NCBI GenBank assembly: GCA_036526315.1
Contig: DATCYR010000087.1
Span: 5,203 to 69,202 of the forward strand
From: Gaiellaceae bacterium
GTDB taxonomy: Bacteria; Actinomycetota; Thermoleophilia; Gaiellales; Gaiellaceae
DNA length: 64,000 nucleotides
Direction of reading: 5' to 3'
A program made the translations under genes and the position numbers. Of the stretch, positions 56,058 to 63,914 are shown in pieces. Below the pieces are notes generated by a model that saw nothing but the letters and a program-made list of their open reading frames with translations, was not told the origin of the DNA and made no database searches. Within the stretch, counting starts at the first letter, position 1. Each line of letters starts with the position of its first letter.

Positions 56058-56878
56058 TGAACACTGACTCTGCCGATGCGCTCCGCGAGCGCGTCCGCGA
56101 CCGCTACGCCGAGGCTGCGCGCTCGGTCACCACCGGTGAGGATTGTGGCTGTGGCAACGGCTCCTGCTGTGGGAGCGAGACGGCGAGCGCCGATTTCGGC
56201 GAGTCGCTCTACACCGCCGAGCAGCGCGGCGATCTGCCGGCGGCGGCGGCGCTTGCCTCCCTTGGTTGCGGCAACCCGACCGCGGTCGCCGATCTCAAGA
56301 AAGGGGAGACCGTGCTCGACCTCGGTTCGGGCGGCGGCATCGACGTCATCCTCTCGGCGAAGCGGGTCGGGCCGACCGGCACCGCCTACGGTGTCGATAT
56401 GACCGACGAGATGCTCGCGCTCGCGCAGCGAAACGCGCGAGAAGCCGGCGTCTCCAACGTGCACTTCCTCAAGGGCGTGATTGAGCAGATCCCGCTGCCT
56501 GCGGGCTCGGTAGACGTGGTGATCTCGAACTGCGTGATCAACCTGTCGACCGACAAACCGGCGGTGCTGACCGAGATCGCGCGAGTGCTCAAGCCGGGAG
56601 GGCGGATCGGGATCTCCGACGTGGTCGCCGAAGACCGGCTCTCACCCGAGGAGCGAGCCGAACGCGGCAGCTACGTCGGCTGTATTGCCGGCGCCCTCTC
56701 GAAGGGCGAGTACGAAGCCGGGCTCGAGGCCACCGGTTTCGAGCAGATCAGCGTGGAGTTCACGCACGAAGTCGCAGACGGGATGCACGGCGCGATCGTC
56801 AAGGCGGTCAAGACGCAGACCCCGGACATGACGCGGTTGCCAGTGAGCCAGCCTGCCACAAACGCAGGCTGCTGCTAG
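56057..56878 (+). CDS. arsM: Arsenite S-adenosylmethionine methyltransferase
   Basis: [12 protein letters not shown] pair near the N-terminus, [18 protein letters not shown] (SAM motif I), ISNCVINL, and YVGCIAGAL. The conserved Cys pattern matches ArsM/AS3MT. Confidence 0.85.
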   Translation: MNTDSADALRERVRDRYAEAARSVTTGEDCGCGNGSCCGSETASADFGESLYTAEQRGDLPAAAALASLGCGNPTAVADLKKGETVLDLGSGGGIDVILSAKRVGPTGTAYGVDMTDEMLALAQRNAREAGVSNVHFLKGVIEQIPLPAGSVDVVISNCVINLSTDKPAVLTEIARVLKPGGRIGISDVVAEDRLSPEERAERGSYVGCIAGALSKGEYEAGLEATGFEQISVEFTHEVADGMHGAIVKAVKTQTPDMTRLPVSQPATNAGCC

Positions 56879-57269
56879 TTCGCCGGGCGCTTCTGCGCTC
56901 GCTCGGCGCCGAGCCGATCGGCACCTTCGCGCTCGTCTACGTCTGGCGACGTGGCGAGGTGTCAGAACGCGCGTCCGAAGGAATGACCGGCGAGGGTGCG
57001 CAAGCGTGGTCTAGAGCTGACGACGACGGCGTGGCTGCTCTGGGTTGTGGTGGCCGCGATCGTCGTCGTGTGGGTCGTGCTCATCTCAGTCGGCGCGGCT
57101 ACAAGCTGATCCGCCCCCCGGCGGGGGCTTGCCTGCGCGGCCCGACTCGTACAGGGAGGTCGCTTCGGTGGAGCATCGAGCGCCCGACTGTGCTGCCCGC
57201 GGACGGGGTCATGCGGCAACCTCGGCGCACTCGGCCCCTCTTCTGATGCAAGTCCCGCCGCCGCGCTCT

Positions 57270-57680
57270 CTAGGCTCCGCACCTCCCGAGCCGCGCTGTG
57301 CGCGCGTTGCAATACGTCGTCCCGGTCAGCCCTTCGAGGATGATGCCGCGCCGCAGCGTGAAGCGGCCGCGCTGGCCGACGCGAGGCGCAGGATGCCGCG
57401 CCGTGAAAGCGCCCCGGTCGAAGACACGGACGCGCACCACGGTCGCCGTCGCGACAAGTGAGCCGCCGACCCGCCGCGGGTGTGAGAGGCGCGCCGTGAG
57501 CCGGATCACCCGGTCGCAGCAGCCATCGCTGATCGACTCCTTCGCGATGCCGCTTCGGCTGACGGTGAGTGTGCGTGTGTGGCCGGACCACGCGCCGACG
57601 AAGGGCGCGAGGCCCGTGCGAGCGCTGCCGCCGGCGCCCATGGCCACCAGCACCGCCCCAATCGCGAGCGCTCGCCTCAT
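57270..57680 (-). CDS. Secreted hypothetical protein (136 aa, 4 Cys)
   Basis: Signal-like MRRALAIGAVLVAMGAGGSA. ATGA overlap with the upstream YihY-like gene. Confidence 0.5.
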   Translation of the reverse strand: MRRALAIGAVLVAMGAGGSARTGLAPFVGAWSGHTRTLTVSRSGIAKESISDGCCDRVIRLTARLSHPRRVGGSLVATATVVRVRVFDRGAFTARHPAPRVGQRGRFTLRRGIILEGLTGTTYCNARTARLGRCGA

Positions 57681-58444
57681 CCTCCGCCCGCCCGCGCAAC
57701 GCGCCGCTGCGAGAGCGCCGGCGCGAGTGCCGCCGCCCACACGATCACGCCCGAGCTGAACAGGATCCAGAAGTAGAGCGCGAGGACGACGCCGAGGCCG
57801 CCGTAGTCGCGCGCGTAGAGGTCGACCCACGGCTCCATCACGTAGCTCGAGGCGAACATCAGGAGGACGAGCCCCACCGCCGTCAGCACGGCACCCGGCA
57901 GGAGGTCGCGGCGCGGGACGGCGCCGTGCAGCAGGAGCCACGGCGTCCACGTGAAGAACAGCACCAGCAACCCGACCCAGCCGAGGGCGAGCACCTTGCC
58001 GATCCACGACGGGCTGTCCTTCAGCTCCGTCAGCTGCACGAGCAGCAGCAGGATCAGGCCGTAGAGGGCGAGCAGGACGAACGCGTGGAGGGCGTAGTCC
58101 GTCCGGCGCGCCGGCAGCTCGACGCGCCAGGCGCGCGCATGCACCAGCTGCAGCACGCGGCCGAAGCCGACGCCGAAGAAAAGCGCGCCCGCGATCGCGA
58201 GCAGGGCGGAGCCGAGCTCGTGCGCGTGGCCCTCGACGAGGACGCTGCGGAGCAGGGCCGCCGTTTCCGTCGAGAGCCCGTAGTGATGGGCGAGTTGCTG
58301 CGCCAGGGCGTTCGGATGCGCATCCAGGTATTCCTCGAGCACCAGCAGTGCCGGGATCACGGCGACGAGCACGTACAGCGAGAGCAGCGCCGATTGCAGC
58401 GGCCCGTCGACGGCGCGGTAGCGCCGCCAGACGTCGATCGCCAC
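57677..58444 (-). CDS. YihY/BrkB-family membrane protein
   Basis: Six TM helices. WRRYRAVDGPLQSALLSLYVLVAVIPALLV and a C-terminal YGGLGVVLALYFWILFSSGVIVWAAAL, typical of the family. GTG 58444 is the only plausible start. Confidence 0.7.
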   Translation of the reverse strand: MAIDVWRRYRAVDGPLQSALLSLYVLVAVIPALLVLEEYLDAHPNALAQQLAHHYGLSTETAALLRSVLVEGHAHELGSALLAIAGALFFGVGFGRVLQLVHARAWRVELPARRTDYALHAFVLLALYGLILLLLVQLTELKDSPSWIGKVLALGWVGLLVLFFTWTPWLLLHGAVPRRDLLPGAVLTAVGLVLLMFASSYVMEPWVDLYARDYGGLGVVLALYFWILFSSGVIVWAAALAPALSQRRVARAGGG

Positions 58445-58503
58445 CCCGCTGGCCGACGCGGGATCTCGATTGTCGGCCCACTCGCGTGCGGCGGCGAAAC
58501 GGC

Positions 58504-59964
58504 TCAGTCGATACCTCCGACGTCGAGCACGACCGTCTTCAGGTCGGTCATGTCGAGCATCGTGTAGCGACCGCCGATCCGGCCCCAGCCGCTCTGCGTT
58601 CCCGGCGCGCCGCCGAACGGCTCGTGCGCCTCCCAGTAGTCGGTCGAGTCGTTGACGACGACGTTGCCGACGCGGAGGTTGTCGAGGTACGCGAACGCGC
58701 GCTTCAGGCTCGACGTGTACACCGCCGCCTGCAGCCCCAGGTGCGAGTCGTTCGCGACTGCTAGCGCCTCGTCGTCGGAGCGGACGCGGATGAGCGGGAC
58801 GATCGGGCCGAACGTCTCCTCGCGGTTGATGAGCGTGTCGATGCCGACGCCGGTCAGGACTGTCGGCTCGTAGTAGAGACTCGTCGGGCGATCCGCCGCA
58901 CGCGAGCCGCCGCGCACCACCTCTGCGCCCTTCTCGAGCGCGTCCTCGAGATGCCGGTCCATCTTGCTCGCCGTCGGCTCGTTGTTCATCGGGCCCACGA
59001 GCGTCGACTCGTCGAAGGGATCGCCGAGTCGCCACTCGTCGGCTGCCTTCACCACCTCGTCGAGAAACGCGTCGTGCACGCGCTCGTGAACGAGCACGCG
59101 CTCGGTTGCGCAGCACACCTGGCCTGCGCAGAAGAACCCGCCGAAGACGGCGCCCTGCGCAGCGCGCGGCAGGTCGGCGTCCTCGCACACGATCACCGGG
59201 CCGTTGCCGCTGGCCTCGATCAAGGACCGCTTGAGCCCCGCCGCGCGGACGATCTTGTCGGCGGTCCCGTGTGAGCCGACGAAGCCGATGCAGTCGATCC
59301 CCGGGTGCGTGACGAGCTGGGCACCGACCTCGCCGGCCCCGTAGACGACGTTCACGACGCCGTCCGGCAGCCCGGCGTCGGCCATGATCTGCACGAAGTT
59401 CGCCATCGCGATCGGCGTCCACTCGGACGGTTTGATCACGATCGTGTTGCCGGCGGCGATGCCCGGTGCGATCAGCTCGACCGGAATCAGCGTCGGGAAG
59501 TTCCAGGGCGTGATCGCTCCGTAGACGCCGTTCGGCTTCCGGAAGGTCAAAATCCGCTTGTTGACGTCCTGAGAGGGCACGACCGCCGTCTCCATCCGCT
59601 TCACGTCCTCTGCGGCAATCCGGAAGTTCTCCGCGGTCTCGTCAATGTCGCCGAGCGCCTCGGCTGCGTACGGCTTCCCCTGCTCGAGCGAGAGCTCGCG
59701 CGCGAACTCCTCGCGCCGCTCGTCGATCAGGTCGGCGATCGCGTGACAGACCTTCGCGCGGTCCCAGGGTGAGAGCGCGGCCCACGACGGCTGGGCCGCT
59801 CGGGCCGCCGCGACGGCGCGGTCGAGGTCCTCGGGGCTCGCGTCGGGCACGTCGGCGAGCGTCTCACCCGTGACGGGAGACACGATCTGCCGGGCGTTGT
59901 CCGATGTCGAGGCGACCCAGTCGCCGCCGACGAAGTTCTCGAGGGTGCGGACCGTGACGGCCAT
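58504..59964 (-). CDS. NAD(P)-dependent aldehyde dehydrogenase
   Basis: NFVGGDWV, WNFPTLIPVELIAPGIAAGNTIVIKPSEWTP, EASGNGP, and FFCAGQVCCATERV (catalytic Cys). AAGGAG lies ahead of ATG 59964. Confidence 0.9.
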   Translation of the reverse strand: MAVTVRTLENFVGGDWVASTSDNARQIVSPVTGETLADVPDASPEDLDRAVAAARAAQPSWAALSPWDRAKVCHAIADLIDERREEFARELSLEQGKPYAAEALGDIDETAENFRIAAEDVKRMETAVVPSQDVNKRILTFRKPNGVYGAITPWNFPTLIPVELIAPGIAAGNTIVIKPSEWTPIAMANFVQIMADAGLPDGVVNVVYGAGEVGAQLVTHPGIDCIGFVGSHGTADKIVRAAGLKRSLIEASGNGPVIVCEDADLPRAAQGAVFGGFFCAGQVCCATERVLVHERVHDAFLDEVVKAADEWRLGDPFDESTLVGPMNNEPTASKMDRHLEDALEKGAEVVRGGSRAADRPTSLYYEPTVLTGVGIDTLINREETFGPIVPLIRVRSDDEALAVANDSHLGLQAAVYTSSLKRAFAYLDNLRVGNVVVNDSTDYWEAHEPFGGAPGTQSGWGRIGGRYTMLDMTDLKTVVLDVGGID

Positions 59965-60031
59965 GAAGCTCCTTTCGTGAACGAATCCCCACCCGCAAGT
60001 TTCGCTGACCGGACGGGTCTGCTTCAACGAG

Positions 60032-60223
60032 ATGAATCGACTGCGGCAACGGCACGAATATGCGGTTCGGGAGGCGCTGCGCGAGGAGCGCAAAGCCTGG
60101 AGCGACCTCGAGCGGGCAGCTCGGCCGAGCGACGTCGACGAGGCGTTGCTCCGGAGATGCCGCGAGCGCTGGCAGGCGGCGGCGCGTGTGCTCGTCAGGG
60201 AGCTTCGCACGCTGAAGGGCTAG
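60032..60223 (+). CDS. Hypothetical small helical protein (63 aa)
   Basis: Arg/Glu-rich with good G/C third positions. No SD and no recognisable motif. Confidence 0.35.
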   Translation: MNRLRQRHEYAVREALREERKAWSDLERAARPSDVDEALLRRCRERWQAAARVLVRELRTLKG

Positions 60224-60255
60224 CGCTCATCCTTTAGGATCGCGCGGCCGCCCAG

Positions 60256-60606
60256 ATGGCTTCGCCGCTCGATTTCGCCCTGATCACCCGGCTCCGCGAG
60301 GTGCTCGACGACCGGCCCGCGACGGAGGCCGAGCTCCGTGCTCTGAGCGAGCAGGCCGACGCCTGGGCGCGGACGGTCAGCGGGCAGATCGAGTCGAGTG
60401 AGCGCCGAATCCAGCGGCTCGAGCAGAACCCTGCCTCGTCCCTCGCGCAGATCGCCGGGGAGCTACGGCGCGTCGAGCAGCTCCGCCCGCAGCTGCACGA
60501 GGTTCGGCAGCTCCACGCGGACCTGGAAGCCCGCGCACGTCAGGTCAGGACCGAGTGGCTGCTGTCGCAGGCGACGAGTCGACGCTCAGCCGGTCACCAA
60601 CCGTAA
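60256..60606 (+). CDS. Hypothetical coiled-coil protein (116 aa)
   Basis: Heptad-like Glu/Arg/Leu-rich sequence. TAGGAT lies 15 nt upstream of the ATG. The 3' end overlaps the convergent DUF192 gene. Confidence 0.45.
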   Translation: MASPLDFALITRLREVLDDRPATEAELRALSEQADAWARTVSGQIESSERRIQRLEQNPASSLAQIAGELRRVEQLRPQLHEVRQLHADLEARARQVRTEWLLSQATSRRSAGHQP

Positions 60607-60919
60607 GCCCGCGTCGCGCAGACTCGCCGGCGGCGATCTCCAGCACCGACTTCGAGCCTCGCGCGCCGGCCGCACGCCACGGCTTGAGGTCGGCCGCGAT
60701 CTTGACGACGCGCAGGTCGCGATCGAGGAACACGGCGTCGATCGCGAAGCGCATGAATGCCATGTGCACCGACGAGGCCGGCTTCAGGAGGATCCCGTCG
60801 CCCGGGGGCAGCTCGCGCCGCCCGAGCAGTCCCTTCATGCGCGTGAGCGCCGTCTCCGCCAGGAGACAGCGCTCACACACGATCGTTCCGTCTTCGCGAC
60901 GAAGCGCGACTGACTTCAA
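60545..60919 (-). CDS. DUF192 domain protein
   Basis: RMKGLLGRRELPPGDGILLKPASSVHMAFMRFAIDAVFLDRDLRVV...VLEIAAG is the DUF192 (COG1430) core. The TTG start directly abuts the upstream TAG. Confidence 0.75.
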   Translation of the reverse strand: MKSVALRREDGTIVCERCLLAETALTRMKGLLGRRELPPGDGILLKPASSVHMAFMRFAIDAVFLDRDLRVVKIAADLKPWRAAGARGSKSVLEIAAGESARRGLTVGDRLSVDSSPATAATRS

Positions 60920-62320
60920 CTAGTACCCGATGTGGATGTGGTTGTAGTGGTCTGCCAGCGGGAACGACGGTCCGCCGAGGCCGAGCAGTGAGATGACCTG
61001 CCGCGGCATGACCTCCTGCGGCAGGAGCAGGATCTCACGAACCGTGCGCTCCGTGATGCCGCCAGGCTGCTGGTGCCCCATGATCGGGATGCCGCCGACG
61101 GCCGAGATGTCGGCCGCGCGGCCGTAGATGTGCGCCGAGATGACGCCGGGCCGTGCATACAGGCGGTGGCCGCTCAGCAGGCACGACACGGTGACGGAGC
61201 CGAACGACTCACGCAGGTACGCGATCATCGCGAGCACGCGGACATCGATCTTGTTCTGGACGATGTCGTTGCGGCCGCCGGCGTAGATCGAGATGTTCGG
61301 GTCCGACAGCACCTTGCTCGCGATCGCGGCCTTCGAAGCCTCGAGGCCGTTCACGAGCGCGTCGAGGCCGATCGCGCGGTCGTAGTGCGCGAGGGCGGTG
61401 GCCTTGTCGGCGAAGCGCGAGTCGCCGGAGTAGGCGACGACGCGCGACCAGTCGCCGCGCGCCGGCCCGAACGAGTCGAGGCGCGCCGCGAGGCGGGTCA
61501 GCGTCACACGGTCGGCGGGAATGTGGCCCGTCGCGCCGCGTGCGCGGAGGATGCCGAGCATCACGGCCCAGTCGGCGCCGGCGTTCTTCGCTGCCGTCTT
61601 CAGGTTCGCCGCGAACTTCGGCGAGAGGCGGACGGCCGGGGGAGTCGGGTCAGGCAGCGGCGAGTTCAGCCAGATCGTGGCTGCGTTCGCCGGGCCTTCG
61701 ATCTCCGGCTTCGGTGCAGGCTTCGTCTCCGGCAGCAGCACCTTCCGCAGCTGCTTCCACTGCGCCTGCGCGTCGCTGCGGTGGCTGGCCGAGCGCTTCG
61801 TGGTGTGGCCCTGGCCGGTGGAGCTCGACGAGCTCGTCGTCCCGCCGGACGCAGACGTCTGCGTCGAAGCGGACGGGCCGCGACTCACTTGCGTGAAGCC
61901 GCCGTCGGACGTGCCGGCGGTCGAGTCCGCGATCGTCGTGGAGTCGGACGACGCGGAGCTGTCCGCGGTCGGGGCGCTCTCTGACGGGGCGGGAGTCGGG
62001 GCCGAAGCCGAAGCGTCGCTCGACGACGCAGACGAGTCCGCCGCGGGAGCGGCAGACGGGTCGGCGGCGGGAGCCGCGTCGGTCGAGCCGTCGCTCGACG
62101 CCGTTGTGTCGACAGCAGCAGAGTTGTCCTCGGCGATCTGCGCCGAGAACACGTTCCCCGCGACTGCGGCGAGCGATGCGCCCGCGAAGAACAGGGTTGT
62201 GAAGACAAAGGTCGTGGCGAGCCGGCGCTTGCGCCGCTTGGGCTCAGCCGACCGTGCCTCGTCGGGATCCGGCTTGCCGCCGAAGTCCCAGTTGTCGTTG
62301 CGCGTGAACCATCGTGGCAT
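60920..62320 (-). CDS. Membrane-anchored LAS-type (M15-like) cell-wall peptidase with long low-complexity linker
   Basis: N-terminal TM (LATTFVFTTLFFAGASLAAVAG), then a Ser/Ala/Thr/Asp-rich linker of about 130 aa. The C-terminus reads SGHRLYARPGVISAHIYGRAADIS ... DHYNHIHIGY (SxHxxGxAxD and HxH of Zn D,D- or L,D-peptidases). Confidence 0.7.
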   Translation of the reverse strand: MPRWFTRNDNWDFGGKPDPDEARSAEPKRRKRRLATTFVFTTLFFAGASLAAVAGNVFSAQIAEDNSAAVDTTASSDGSTDAAPAADPSAAPAADSSASSSDASASAPTPAPSESAPTADSSASSDSTTIADSTAGTSDGGFTQVSRGPSASTQTSASGGTTSSSSSTGQGHTTKRSASHRSDAQAQWKQLRKVLLPETKPAPKPEIEGPANAATIWLNSPLPDPTPPAVRLSPKFAANLKTAAKNAGADWAVMLGILRARGATGHIPADRVTLTRLAARLDSFGPARGDWSRVVAYSGDSRFADKATALAHYDRAIGLDALVNGLEASKAAIASKVLSDPNISIYAGGRNDIVQNKIDVRVLAMIAYLRESFGSVTVSCLLSGHRLYARPGVISAHIYGRAADISAVGGIPIMGHQQPGGITERTVREILLLPQEVMPRQVISLLGLGGPSFPLADHYNHIHIGY

Positions 62321-62465
62321 TGCCGTTCGCTCCTTCTGAAGATCGAGCCCCTGGCCGCCACGAGGGGCGCGGAATGTGGCCTGTAGTCATCCGCAGCCGG
62401 TGCGGTGCTCCCACTATCGATTCCTGAACGCGCGAACCTCTCCCTCACCTAAGGGAACGTGGAGC

Positions 62466-62492
62466 GCGGATCACCCGACCGAGGGACGCGCC
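62466..62492 (+). repeat. Conserved upstream box, copy 1 (GCGGATCACCCGACCGAGGGACGCGCC)
   Basis: 24 of 27 positions are identical to 62826-62852. A second shared box, GATTGACCG, follows at 62521-62529. Confidence 0.6.
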
Positions 62493-62570
62493 GATGCGCG
62501 CCGAGGGCGATGTAGCGAGGGATTGACCGTACGGCATCTTCGAAGCTCCAAGAAGGTGGTGAAAAAACTC

Positions 62571-62747
62571 GTGACGTTTACGGATCTCGTTGCTTACTTC
62601 CGCGCACGCTTCGGCGTCGAGGACGGCCAGACGATGGCCGAGTACGGCGTCGTTCTCGCAGTGATCACGGCTCTCGTGGTCGCGGCGATCCTCGCGCTCT
62701 CCGGCGCGATTGCGAACGCGCTCGACACGGTTCGGGGCTACCTGTAA
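62571..62747 (+). CDS. flp: Flp-family type IVb prepilin, copy 1
   Basis: VTFTDLVAYFRARFGVEDG / QTMAEYGVVLAVITALVVAAILALSG carries the G-x4-EY processing motif and a hydrophobic stem. The start could also be GTG 62556 or 62559. Confidence 0.8.
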   Translation: MTFTDLVAYFRARFGVEDGQTMAEYGVVLAVITALVVAAILALSGAIANALDTVRGYL

Positions 62748-62773
62748 CCGCAAAACGTGTTCGGGGTGATTCG

Positions 62774-62802
62774 ACGGGGCCCGCAAGGGCCCCGTTGTTT
62801 TT
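62774..62802 (+). terminator. Rho-independent terminator after flp copy 1
   Basis: ACGGGGCCC - GCAA - GGGCCCCGT, followed by TGTTTTT. Confidence 0.75.
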
Positions 62803-62825
62803 CCCCCACGGCGGGTGAAGTCGCT

Positions 62826-62852
62826 GCGGATCACCCGCGCGAGGGATGCGCG
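62826..62852 (+). repeat. Conserved upstream box, copy 2
   Basis: GCGGATCACCCGCGCGAGGGATGCGCG. GATTGACCG recurs at 62884-62892. Confidence 0.6.
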
Positions 62853-63040
62853 CCGCGCCGGTTGCAAACGATGAATCGGACGAGATTGACCGGACAGGCG
62901 AAGCGGCGCGCCTAAGAGAGAAAGGACGCAGCGACGTGTCACGCACGATCGCCCGAATTCGAGTCGATTCCACCTCCAGCACCCACTGCCCTTCAGGCGC
63001 GCGGAGCGCGCCCGAGATGCGGAAAGGGGGTGAATTCATC

Positions 63041-63217
63041 GTGACGTTCACGGATCTGGTCGCTTACTTCCGCGCGCGCTTCGGCGTCGAGGAGGGTCAG
63101 ACGATGGCCGAGTACGGCGTCGTCCTCGCAGTGATCACGGCCCTCGTGGTCGCAGCAATCCTCGCCCTTTCGGGCGCGATTGCGAACGCTCTTCACACCG
63201 TGCAGGGCTACCTGTAA
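63041..63217 (+). CDS. flp: Flp-family type IVb prepilin, copy 2
   Basis: 58 aa, differing from copy 1 at 3 residues (D/E in the leader, D/H and R/Q near the C-terminus). AAGGGGGTGA lies 7 nt ahead of GTG 63041. The alternative start is ATG 63017. Confidence 0.8.
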   Translation: MTFTDLVAYFRARFGVEEGQTMAEYGVVLAVITALVVAAILALSGAIANALHTVQGYL

Positions 63218-63259
63218 GTCGAGACAGCAAGCGAAACGGCACCGACAAGGAGTTTCATC

Positions 63260-63445
63260 GTGACGCAGCACGAAGGCAGGCACATCAAGAGGGCTCTGGC
63301 GTTTCTCTCGCGCGAGGTCGCCCAGGCGAAGCCTGACAACACGGTGGTGCTCTCCGTGATCAGCGGGACCTCTCTCCTGGCGTTCACGCGGGTGCCCGGC
63401 AGCGCTGTAACGGCATTGACAGGGCTGGTGCGGCTGTTCACCTAG
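63260..63445 (+). CDS. Hypothetical 61-aa protein in the flp locus
   Basis: AAGGAG lies 7 nt ahead of the GTG, and the start context TTCATCGTGACG is shared with flp copy 2. No G-x4-EY motif. The 8-bp hairpin GCGGGGCC/GGCCCCGC follows (63461-63491). Confidence 0.35.
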   Translation: MTQHEGRHIKRALAFLSREVAQAKPDNTVVLSVISGTSLLAFTRVPGSAVTALTGLVRLFT

Positions 63446-63512
63446 CCGCCCAGGAACGGGGCGGGGCCTTCGCCGGCGGCGACGGCCCCGCGACTACTTC
63501 CAACGGAGATAC

Positions 63513-63914
63513 GTGCCGCTCATGACGAACAAGTTGAAGAACGAACGAGGTCAGACGATGGTCGAGCTCGCGCTCGTTCTGCCGATCCTCGTCGTGCTCG
63601 TGCTCGCGATCGCGCAGTTCGGCGTCGCGTTCAACAACTACGTCACGCTCACCGACGCCGCCCGCGCAGCGGCGCGAACGGGGGCGGTCTCGCGACAGTC
63701 GGGCAACCCGACCGGCGATTGCCAGAGCGCCGGCTACGCGGCGGGCGGCAACCTGAACAACCCGGGAACCGATTTCGTCGTCACCTGCTCCTCCTCGTGG
63801 AGCCAGGGCTCGGACGTCACCGTCAGCGCGTCGTACCCGTACTCGATCAGCCTGCTGGGCTGGGTCGTCGCGAGCGGACGGCTGAACACGACGATGAAGG
63901 AGCGCGTCGAATGA
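63513..63914 (+). CDS. tadE: TadE-like pseudopilin / pilus assembly protein
   Basis: NERGQTMVELALVLPILVVLVLAIAQFG is the TadE N-terminal motif. Confidence 0.75.
   Translation: MPLMTNKLKNERGQTMVELALVLPILVVLVLAIAQFGVAFNNYVTLTDAARAAARTGAVSRQSGNPTGDCQSAGYAAGGNLNNPGTDFVVTCSSSWSQGSDVTVSASYPYSISLLGWVVASGRLNTTMKERVE

Noticed and set aside
56959-57246. Track ORF 56959-57246 (95 aa) and ORF 57045-57461 as genes filling the arsM-downstream gap.
   Set aside because: The translations are Arg/Gly-rich with no motif and no SD. Only the first ~20 codons of the frame upstream resemble a MIP N-terminus, and that is reported separately as a possible relic.
40441-57270. Calling the stress/metal block a mobile genomic island integrated at tRNA-Cys.
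   Set aside because: No integrase was found. I could not find a direct repeat of the tRNA 3' end by eye. GC content is similar to the flanks except for the 360-bp spacer. I kept it only as a hypothesis to test by synteny.
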